From Octopus sinensis (lineage: Eukaryota), in NCBI RefSeq assembly GCF_006345805.1, contig NW_021834718.1, forward strand, positions 1 through 26,949: DNA of 26,949 nt. The letters are read 5' to 3'. Under the pieces are notes generated by a model. The model saw nothing but the letters and a program-made list of their open reading frames with translations, was not told the DNA's origin and searched no databases. This document shows positions 10,204 through 20,189 of the stretch, one piece after another. The position numbers were made by a program, and so were the translations under genes. Positions within the stretch are counted from its first letter, which is position 1. Each line of letters opens with the position of its first letter.

Positions 10204-12509
10204 ATGGAATTTACAGGTAAGATAGAACCGCTATTTTTGAATTCATCTTTGAAGGATATTCCAATACCCTCTAGAAAAGAATATATTTTGAAACTTATTG
10301 ATAATATTAAGGATTTTGTTTCTAGAATTAAATGGGAAGCCTACTATGATAACTATAATATATCTAATTTTAATGATAGTATGAATGATAATAATTTTAC
10401 TTCTAATTTTAAATCTAGAAAAGAACCCCCATATAATAGAGATTTACAGATCTTAGAAGATAATATTTGAAAGGTGGTGAAAAACATTAAATTTCATAAA
10501 TACCCAAACAGAAATAATGAATATTTAAGAAATTTAGCTATTAGAATTAAAGAAATGAGAAATATGGATGGTATTATTGTACAATCAGATAAAACTAGGA
10601 ATCTGTATAAATTAGATGTTAAATTATATGATAACCCTTTAGAGAAAGAGATAATTAAAAAATATAAAATTGTTCCAGATAGTACACTTTATACTATAAA
10701 TAAGGCCTCTAAATTAGTCATGATAAACTATAAGTTGGATAATAAAACTGAACCTATGCACCCTAGAAAGACCATAAAGATAATTTTTATTCAGACCCTA
10801 AAGTTAGATTAATTTGTCCATGTAAATCTGACCTTGGTAAATTGAGTAAACTTATTTTAGATAAATATATTAATAAATTAAATAAGCTTAACTACTTAAA
10901 ATTATGGTTTAGTAATAATAATACTTTAAATTGGTTTAATAATATTAGAGAAAAAAATTGATATAAATTTATTCAATTAGATATAGATAATTATTATTCT
11001 TCTATTAATGAAATTGTGTTTAATAAGGCCCTTATATTTGCAATGAATAAAGTGGGAATGACTTTTGAAGAGTTTAATGTAATTAAAATAGCTAGGAAAT
11101 CGTTTAATAGATACAAAAATAAATTATGGGCTAGGAAAGATACTAGGGACTATTTTGATATACCTATGGGGGCACCCGATTCTGCACAAGCTACGGATTT
11201 GGTAGGTATTTATCTATTATCTGAACTTCAATTAGAAAATTTAAAAATAGAGGGTGGTTTATATAGGGATGACCTTTTATTAATTACTAAGAATTGCACT
11301 AATAGGAATCTAGAATTATATTAAAAAAACTTTATAGTTTCTTTAAAAGATATGGTTTAAGTATTACTATATATAATGAGAATTTTAATGTTAATTATTT
11401 AGACGTTAATTTTAATCTAATTACAAGTAAAACACAACCATATCATAAACTTAATGAAAACCTTAGATATATAAATGTTAATAGTAATCACCCACCATCA
11501 ATTAAAATAATATAAGTAAACGTATATCATTACTTTCTTATGATTTAGAGATTTTAATAAACATGCACCTTATTACAATGAGGCCCTAAGAGAGGCAGGT
11601 TATAATAGCAATATTAAATTTTTTATTAAAAATAAAGATAAAAATATTAATAATAATTATGTTAGTAATATTAGTATTAATTTTAGTAATTATAAAAATA
11701 AAAATAAGACAAACTTTAATATTAATTCATTAAATGTTAATTAAAATTATAAATTTAAATTTAATAATATTATACAGAAATATGATAATAGTAATGGTAA
11801 TAATAATGATAATGGTAATAATAATAAGAAGAAGAAGAATGATAGTGATAATAATAAGAAGAAGAAAAATAATAAAATTTGGTTAATTGTTCCTTATGGT
11901 GCTCAAGTTAAAACAAACATTATTAAAGAGATTTTAGATATTATTGAACAATTTATTAATGATAATAGTAAATATAAAAAAATTTTCTCTAGTTATAACT
12001 TTGAAGTAGGTTATTCTACCACTAATAGTGTAGGTAACATTATTTCTTCTTTTAACAAATTTAAACTGAATAATTTTTATAAAAATAAATTTTATAATAA
12101 TACCAACAATAATAAAGATAAGACACTCATTAACTGTACATGTAGAGATAAAACTAAGTTCAAATTTAATAATAAATGTGATTTAAACGATGTAGTGTAT
12201 AAATGTATAGTTACATTACTTAATGAGAATAATAGGAATAATAATAACTTAAACGCAATATATATGGGATCCACTTCCTCTAAAATAAAATTAAGAATCG
12301 CACAGCATATACATTCATTTAAAAATAAAAACCTAATTAACTCAACAGGACTTAGCAAGTACATATGGGGACTTAAATCCCAAAGTATTAAGTATGAATT
12401 AAGTTGGGAAACAATAAGTAAGACTAAATCATATAGTATAGGAGGCAATTATTGTTATTTATGTTCTAATGAGTTTAAAAAATTTTATTTTATGAGCATT
12501 ATGATTTAG
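10204..12509 (+). pseudogene. PLE polyprotein: reverse transcriptase + CxC linker + GIY-YIG endonuclease
   Basis: DIPIPSRKEY...DFVSRIKW; SDKTRNLY; DHKDNF..PKVRLI; FIQLDIDNYYSSI (motif A); IPMGAPDS; LYRDD (11259-11273); NSNHPP; IWLIVPY; CTC (12135-12143); VVY...IYMG (12192-12269); LRIAQH; STGLSKYIW; CYLCSNE. In-frame stops at 10468, 10959 and 11742, plus several frameshifts. Confidence 0.88.
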
Positions 12510-13299
12510 TGAATACTCTGGATGAGCGTAAAATAAAATGCAGACACAGGTTACTTTACATATATAATAAATTTCTAGATAAATAATGACTATATCTAAA
12601 CCCTATTTTGTTCCTTATTTGTAGATTTATTTATTAGTATTAATCTAAAATTTAGTATAGGATTTATAATACTTATTACATGATTTTTTATGTTATATTA
12701 AATAAATAATGTAATATTCTAATAATTTTATAAGTATATTACTTTATAGTAGTGTAGTGTTTCCAATTCTTTATGAGGTTTTGTATTAGTCTATTATAGT
12801 TATTAGAGGTTCTTTATTTACTTAAAGTTAGATTATACTTAGTTGTTTATTTTATTACTTAATATTTAATGGTTTTATTGAATATAGATTTAGGAAGGTT
12901 TTAATTTTGAATGTATAGTACAATTTTTTCTTTATGTAATATTTTTATAATGATAATTTATTCAATTATAGAACAACGTATTTGATCTATCGATAAATTA
13001 ATTTACCTATTTAATTGGGTTAATTTATTTTGAGTATTAATAATATGATATATAATATAAATATATATTTATCTTATACTAGAGTTAAGTTTATATTTTG
13101 TTATATTTTTGTTATAAATTTGTTAAATTAATCTATATGTATGTATTTTCTTTATATTTGAATTAGATTTATTTAGATGTTTATTTAATCAATTTTATTT
13201 AATATAGACGTATAGATTAGTAAGATAGAATAAATGGATAAAACGAAATGTTTACCTGTATGTTTGTATGGAAGTATGAATGTAGGCATTTATATACGT

Positions 13300-13445
13300 A
13301 TGTATTCATATGATATATGTGTATGTATGTATATATGTATATGTACGTGTATATATATGTATATATATGTGTGTGTGTGTATATATATGTATATGTATGT
13401 ATTGTGTATTGTATGTATATATATATATATATGTATACACATACA
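13300..13445. repeat. (TA)/(TG) microsatellite
   Basis: Directly visible. Confidence 0.9.
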
Positions 13446-13565
13446 CAGTAATACCTCACCTTATGAGAAGCGCTTTACGAGACACTGGGTTCTGTTCATG
13501 AGTTTTAGCTTAAAAATAAAAGCATACTCTGGGAAAGAATTCACTCGTACTTCGAGGCGTTACTA
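13446..13565. mobile_element. Degenerate 120-bp pogo/Tigger-like MITE
   Basis: The left end CAGTAATACCTCACCTTATGAG and the reverse complement of the right end (13544-13565, TAGTAACGCCTCGAAGTACGAG) match at 14/22 positions and resemble pogo/Tigger TIRs. No intact TA TSD. Confidence 0.5.
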
Positions 13566-14608
13566 TGTTTTATATATATTTATTAATCTTATAAGATTTT
13601 TAGAGTATAAATAGTAATTAGCAGTTAGTAATTATTTAATTTATTTTGTATTAAGTATTATTTATCATAGTTATTTTAATGATAAATCTTATAGTATGGA
13701 GTGATTCTATTCTTTAATTGTGACTTCATTCTATTTACGTTTATTGATAAACCATAACTTTTTCCATTGACAATTTTAATTCACAATTTTCATTGATAAA
13801 ACGTATTTGTAGTTCTTCACTGTTAAAGAATTCTTCAACAATTTATTCTATTTTTGTTAATAACGTAATTCCACGAGTATTCTTATAAACGCTGAAAAGA
13901 CGTTTTCCGATTTAAAATTTTAGTTCATCACAAAACCTTGCAAAGCTAAGTATATATTTATATTTAAGATTTTTTAATTTTTAAATTTAAATATTTTGAT
14001 AAGTCTTATTGTATAATTTTGTATTTTATATAAATACTGATTGTTATGTAATGATTTCGTTATCGTAATTTTTTATATAATTATTAGATTTTAATTCTAA
14101 GTTTATTTGTAAGACTTTACTTAGCCAAAGAGATATATAGATCGTTAATAGTAATACGAGTTTTTTTAAAGTTAGGTTTCATGTACATACATTTATTGAT
14201 AGCATAAATTTTAATCTTTAATAACTATATTTGTTGATAGTTATTTTAAATATTTTATAATTGTTAGATGTGTTTTAAATCTAATATATGAATAATGATT
14301 TTTTAGTTAATTAATTTGGTAATTAAATTTTTGGACTATAACTGAGTTAAGGATATTTGTGAGTTTTTTAAGCTATTTTGTATATTCATAAATACCTATA
14401 ATAGTTGACTTCGTTCTATTATAACTTATATATTGCTATTTTCAATTGATAATTTGTAATAGTATTTTTTTTCATTGATAAATATATTTGTAGTATTTAT
14501 TGGATACTATATAACTACATATTGACTATTTCATTAAATATTTTATTATTTCATTTTCATTCTTAACTATACGGTTTTTGTAGGTTATTAATTAGCCAAC
14601 GAGATATA

Positions 14609-14993
14609 TTCTTTACTCTTTTAATTGTTTCAGTCATTTGACTGTGGCCATGCTGGAGCACCACCTTTAGTCGAGCAAATCGACCCCAGGACTTATTCTT
14701 TGTAAGCCCAGTACTTATTCTATCGGTCTCTTTTGCCGAACCGCTAAGTGATGCAGACGTAAACACACCAGCATCGGTTGTCAAGCAATGCTAGGGGGAC
14801 AAACACACACACACAAACACACATATACATATATACGACAAGCTTCTTTCAGTTTCCGTCTACCAAATCCCCTCACAAGGCATTGGTCGGCCCGGGGCTA
14901 TAGCAGAAGACACTTGCCCAAGATGCCACGCAAAGGGGATTGAACCCCGAACCATGTGGTTGGTTAGCAAGCTACTTACCACACAGCCACTCT
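14609..14993 (-). mobile_element. tRNA-derived SINE resembling octopus OR-type/CORE SINEs
   Basis: The minus strand has an A box (TGGCTGTGTGG), a B box (GGTTCAATCC), a CORE-like CTTGGGCAAGT, a (TG)n linker, a 3' stem-loop and a TAAAAGAG-type tail. Confidence 0.85.
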
Positions 14994-15180
14994 GGAGCGT
15001 TAATTAGTTATTGCGGTTTTTTAAGATAGTTTGTTTGCTTGTTTACAATTTGCTTTTTCATCTTTAATTTTTAATATATTTCATAAGTAATAATGAATAA
15101 TTAATTTATTAGGTTTTTATTATACGTGCATATATATTTATTGATAGAGATAATTTTAGATCTTAATTCTTATATTTATA

Positions 15181-16726
15181 GAAGTACCTAGGTAAAGATA
15201 AACCCCTCTACATAGCTTTTGTAGACTTGGAGAAAGCCTTTGACAGGTTTCCCCGTTCCCTTATCTGGTGGTCGATGCGGAAACTGGAGATTGACGAATG
15301 GCTAATAAGGGCTGTACAGGCTCTATACAGAGAGGCTGTCAGCAAGGTTAGGATTGGCAACGAATATAGTGAAGAATTCCAGGTAGAAGTAGGTGTGCAC
15401 CAGGGCTCAGCCCTCAGTCCCCTTTTATTCATCATAGTCCTTCAGGCAATAACAGAGGAATTCAAAACAGGATGCCCCTGGGAGCTCCTCTATGCCGATG
15501 ACCTAGCTCTCATAGCAGAATCACTACCGGAAGTAGAAAAGAAATTTCGGGTGTGGAAGCAAGGGTTAGAATCAAAGGGCCTTAGAATAAATGTAGCAAA
15601 GACCAAAGTATTAGTAAGCAGCAAGAGGTGGCCCTGCTCAATCTGTAAGAAAGGTACAGGTAGAAACTCCATAAGATGCACCCAATGTAAGCTATGGACA
15701 CATAAGAGGTGCAGGAACATTAAAGGGAAATTAACAGATAAGATAGCTTTCATGTGCGGCAGCTGCACAGGAACAATAGACACAACAGACACTCAGAAAA
15801 CAGATTCCATCACACTCCAGGGAGAGAAACTAGAAGTAGTTGATAGTTTCCGCTACCTGGGGGACCAAGTTAGTAGCGGAGGTGGATGCACAGAGAGTAT
15901 CACCACTAGAATACGAATAGCCTGGGCAAAGTTCAGAAAGCTCCTACCCCTACTGGCAACAAAAGGTCTCTCCCTCAGAGCGAAAGGTAGACTGTATGAT
16001 GCATGTGTGCGAACTGCCATGCTTCACGGTAATGAAACATGGGCTGTGACTGCAGAGGACATGCGTAGACTTGAAAGAAATGAAGCTAGCATGATCCGCT
16101 GGATGTGTAGTGTCAGTGTACACGCAAGACAGAGTGTAAGCATCCTGAGAGAAATGCTGGATATAAGAAGCATCAGATGTGGTGTGCAAGAGCGACGCTT
16201 GCGATGGTATGGTCATATGCTGCGGATGGATGAAGAGAGATGTGTGAAGAAGTGCCACTCCCAAACAGTTGAAGGTATCAGGGGGAGAGGTAGACCCAGA
16301 AAGACATGGGATGAAGTAGTCAAACATGACCTCAGAGCATTGGGCCTCACTGAGGCAATGGCGAAGGACCGAGATCTCTGGAGATATGCTGTGACTGCAA
16401 AGACCCGGGCTGCTTTCTGCAGCAATTCCACAAACCCCCTACCCATTCAAAGTACCCCGGATCCCCAAAGTACCCCGGATCCCGTTGCCCCCGTGCCGGT
16501 GGCACGTTAAAAGCTCGGACCCCCCGGCCCCTGTGCAGGTGGCACGTAAAAAGCACCCACTCCACTCACGGATTCGTTGGCGTTAGGAAGGGCATCCAGC
16601 CGTAGAAACTCTGCCAGATCAGACTGGAGCCTGGAGCGGCCCCTGGCTTCCCAGACCCCGGTCGAACCGTCCAACCCGTGCTAGCGCGGAAAACGGACGT
16701 TAAACGATGATGATGATGATGATGAT
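15181..16726 (+). mobile_element. 5'-truncated RTE LINE with RT, embedded PHD finger, 3' UTR and (GAT)n tail
   Basis: KYLGKDKPLYIAFVDLEKAFDR, VGVHQGSALSPLLF, LLYADDL, EVVDSFRYLG, RLRWYGH, GRGRPRKTW in one open frame. (GAT)n at 16706-16726. Possible imperfect TSD ttatatttata/ttatatatatt. Confidence 0.93.
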
Positions 16727-17059
16727 TTATATATATTCATTGATAATTTAGTTATTATTCAAATATTATATAATTATTTTATTTGAAATTAAATTTGATA
16801 ATATGAATAGTGATTACTTTTTTCGATTTTTTTAATTTTTAATTTAGGTAATTAGATATTGACTATTACTGAGATTAGATTATTTATGGGTTTATTATGT
16901 TTTTTTAAAGCCATATTATATCTGAATAGATAAATACATTTTCTATCTATACTTACCTTAAAAATTAATATTTAACATTATAATTGATCGTATGACATAA
17001 TCATAATCGTTAAATTTTCTAGTTTGATAATAGAGTCTTTTATAAGAAAAATTGTTATT

Positions 17060-17566
17060 TTATTTATTTATTAAAAAAATATTTTTTAAGTATATTTCAT
17101 TATTTATTTAACTATTATCATTAACCTGAAGATTCACTATAACCATAATTCTAATTATTAATTGAATTTAAATTATTGTTATTCAAATTAGGTTATGGGC
17201 ATGAAACGATTGTAGTGGTTTTACTTTAATCTTATATTAAATTTTTTAATACTTTTTGATAGTTATATATATTTAATTTTTCAAAAAATAAATAAATAAA
17301 TAATTAAATAAATAAAAAGTAAATATATATAAATATATATATAAATTAATAATTTTAAAGTTTTAACTTTAAATTTAAAAAATTTAAATTTTGAATTTTA
17401 TATATTTTGTATAATATATTAATTAATTTTATTTCTATGTTTTGGTTTATGTTTTTCAGTTTGATTTGTCTAATAGTGGTTTTATCTCTAATTAATATAT
17501 ATTTATACTGTAAAATTAGATTTAATCCTAAATCTAATTTTTCCCTGTAAGTTTGAATTACTCCCT
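17060..17566 (+). repeat. PLE 3' pseudo-LTR
   Basis: Direct repeat of 8640-8906 plus 9892-10130. Ends at a (TA)n tract. Confidence 0.85.
17117..17220 (+). ncRNA. Hammerhead-ribozyme-like motif in the 3' pseudo-LTR
   Basis: CTGAAGA at 17126-17132, GAAA at 17203-17206, then CGATTGTAGTGGTT. Core identical to the 5' copy. Confidence 0.48.
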
Positions 17567-17662
17567 AATATTATATATATAATATATATATATTATATAT
17601 ATATATAATATATATATATATAGATATGTGTGTGTGTGTGTATATATGTATGTATATATATA

Positions 17663-17871
17663 GATCAACGTGACCAACCAGGCTATCAGATGTTGCTACA
17701 CATCGCTGGTCACAATGCACTTCGCATTGTTTTAGCCTTCAAATGAAGCCACGCCGCCAGCTAAGCGAGCAGGCCAACAGAAGAAAGAGTGAGAGAAAGT
17801 TGTGGTGAAAGAGTACACCAGGGATCACCACTACCCCCTGCTGGAGCCTTGTGGAGCTTTAGGTGTTTTTG

Positions 17872-17873
<2 letters not shown>
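17663..17873 (-). mobile_element. Headless SINE fragment whose 3' end is related to the RTE at 3790-4412
   Basis: The minus-strand end tgaccagcgatgtg...cctggttggtcacgttgatc resembles 4355-4405. The body resembles a common octopus SINE (from memory). Flanked by microsatellites. Confidence 0.65.
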
Positions 17874-17921
<48 letters not shown>

Positions 17922-17974
17922 TATATATTATGTATGTATATATATATATGTGTATGTATATATATATATGTATG

Positions 17975-18034
<60 letters not shown>

Positions 18035-18079
18035 GTATACATATATATATAATGTATACATATATATATATATGTATAC

Positions 18080-18112
<33 letters not shown>

Positions 18113-18455
18113 TATATGTATACATATATATAATATATGTATACATATATATATATATATAATATATATATATATATATGTATACATATATATATATATG
18201 TATACATATATATATATAATGTATACATATATAATATATATGTATACATATAATATATATATGTATACATATATATATATATATGTATACATATATATAT
18301 ATATATGTATACATATATATATAATATATATATGTATACATATATATATATATATATGTATACCTATATATAATATATATGTATACATATATATATATAT
18401 ATAATATATATATATGTATACATATATATATATATGTATACATATATATATATAT
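17874..18455. repeat. (TA)n/(TATACA) microsatellite
   Basis: Directly visible. Confidence 0.97.
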
Positions 18456-18716
18456 GTAGACAATCCACAAATGTCTTCAGGAAGATGGCCCTGCTCGATC
18501 TGTAGAAAAGGTGTAGGTAGAAACTCTATAAGATGTACCCAGTGTAAGCTATGGACACATAAGAGGTGCAGCAATGTCAAAGGAAGGCTAACTGGGAAGA
18601 TAGTTTTTGTATGTGGCAGATGCTCGGGAAATCTGCAAAATCTGAAAATCTGCAAAAAACAACTTCTGTCATTTTCCAGGGGGAAAAACTAGAAGTAGTT
18701 GATAGCTTCCGTTATC
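18456..18716 (+). mobile_element. RTE LINE fragment covering the PHD region of the RT
   Basis: [31 protein letters not shown]...[12 protein letters not shown], homologous to 15625-15860. Confidence 0.9.
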
Positions 18717-19140
18717 CCGAATGACCGTTGAATCAAGAACAGAATTCCGCGTGCTTTGTTGGCAGCATGGACGCACTGGGCCGAAGGCGAAAAGGAGGAA
18801 TCCACCAAGATACCCAGGTCCTTTACCTGATCGGTCCTCTCCAGCAGCAGACGACCCGGCTCGAAATCAAGTTGAGTTGCAGGAGGAGAGCCAACAGGCA
18901 GATGACAGCACTTTGACACGTTCAGACACAGGTCCCATTCGTTAGACCACTTCCAAATTTGGTGGAGGCATCGACGAAGATCCTCTATATCACCGCGAGG
19001 AGCGACCAGTTTGATATCGTCGGCAAATAGAAGGGTGTGTTGCGTGAGGTCGTCAGGCAAGTCATTTATGAAGACTAAGAACAATAAGGGCCCAAGCACT
19101 GAACCTTGAGGCACGCCACTGCTCGCACTGGAGACGGGTA
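18717..19140 (-). mobile_element. RT fragment of a different CR1-like LINE family
   Basis: SGVPQGSVLGPLLFLVFINDLP...LFADDIKL...LNVSKC...VKDLGILVDSSFSPSAQCVHAANKARGIL. Clearly different in sequence from the two large LINE copies. Confidence 0.88.
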
Positions 19141-19746
19141 GGACAAGTGAGTCCAGCCCACTTATGCATGCCTTTCCTCCCTTGGACACACAAAGACCTG
19201 TTGAGGCAAGCGAAGTCAATATCGAACATCATCCGTCGACAGGCACCTATGCCTACTCGCCTTTGCTTGCGAAGACCTGTTGGGGCAAGTGAAATCGAAA
19301 GCGGAATCGAAATTGAACCAATCCTATGACTGGCATCTGGCAGATGCCAGGACCCCTGGACTGGAGATACGTAAAAAGCACTATCCGAATCGTGGCCGAT
19401 GCCAGCGCCACCTCGACTGGCTTCCGTGTCGGTGGCACGTAAATAGCACCATCCAAATCGTGGCCGAAGCAAGTGCCACCTTGACTGGCTTCCGTGTAGG
19501 TGGCACGTAAAATGCACCAATCCGACCATGGCCGATGCCAGCCTCGCCTGGCTCCAGTGCAGGTGGCACGTAAAAAGCACCCACTACACTCACGGAGTGG
19601 TTGGCATTAGGAAGGGCATCCAGCTGTAGAAACATTGCCAGATAAGACCGGAGCCTGGGGCAGCCTTCTGGCTTCCCAGACCCCCGGTCGAACCGTCCAA
19701 GCCATGCTAGCATGGAGAACGGACGTTAAATGATGATGATGATGAT
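19141..19746 (+). mobile_element. RTE LINE 3' UTR with ~68-bp tandem units and (GAT)n tail
   Basis: Its last ~180 bp align with 16540-16726. tggcacgtaaa.agcacc-type motifs recur at ~19370, 19438, 19507 and 19568. Confidence 0.8.
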
Positions 19747-20189
19747 GTATATATATATATAGATTATGTAGTATGTATTAATATATATATTATATGTATG
19801 TATGTGTAGTATGTATGTATGTCTGTATGTATGTTTCATATATATATATTATATATGTATGTATGTGTATGTATGTATGTATGTATGTATGTATATATAT
19901 ATGTATTATATATATATATATGTGTATGTGTATATATATATATGTATGTGTATAATATATATATGGATGTGTATTGATATTATATATGTATGTATATATA
20001 TATATGTATGTATATATATATATATAATATATGTATGTAGTATATTATGTATGTATGTATATATGTATGTATGTATATATGTATGTATTGTATATATATA
20101 TGTATATATATATGTATGTTATATATATATGTATGTATATATGTATGTATATATATATGTATATATATATGTATATATATATAATGTAT
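19747..20189. repeat. (TA)n/(TATG)n microsatellite
   Basis: Directly visible. Confidence 0.97.

Larger units (their letters stand above)
8268..17566 (+). mobile_element. Penelope-like element with C-terminal GIY-YIG endonuclease, pseudo-LTRs, 5' inversion and nested younger insertions
   Basis: RT-EN ORF at 10204-12509. Direct terminal repeats 8640-10130 (minus the LTR insert) and 17060-17566. Segment 8268-8623 is the reverse complement of 16750-17059. Confidence 0.75.

Noticed and set aside
10468-10961. Two in-frame TGA codons in the PLE RT as possible selenocysteine, as in Naiad PLEs
   Set aside because: The first falls where related proteins usually have Trp (TGG>TGA). The copy also has a TAA at 11742 and several frameshifts. 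The endonuclease is C-terminal, unlike Naiads, and no convincing SECIS was seen. A consensus retaining both TGAs would reopen the question.
14930-14993. tRNA gene on the minus strand
   Set aside because: The A and B boxes belong to the SINE head. There is no full cloverleaf and it runs straight into the SINE body.
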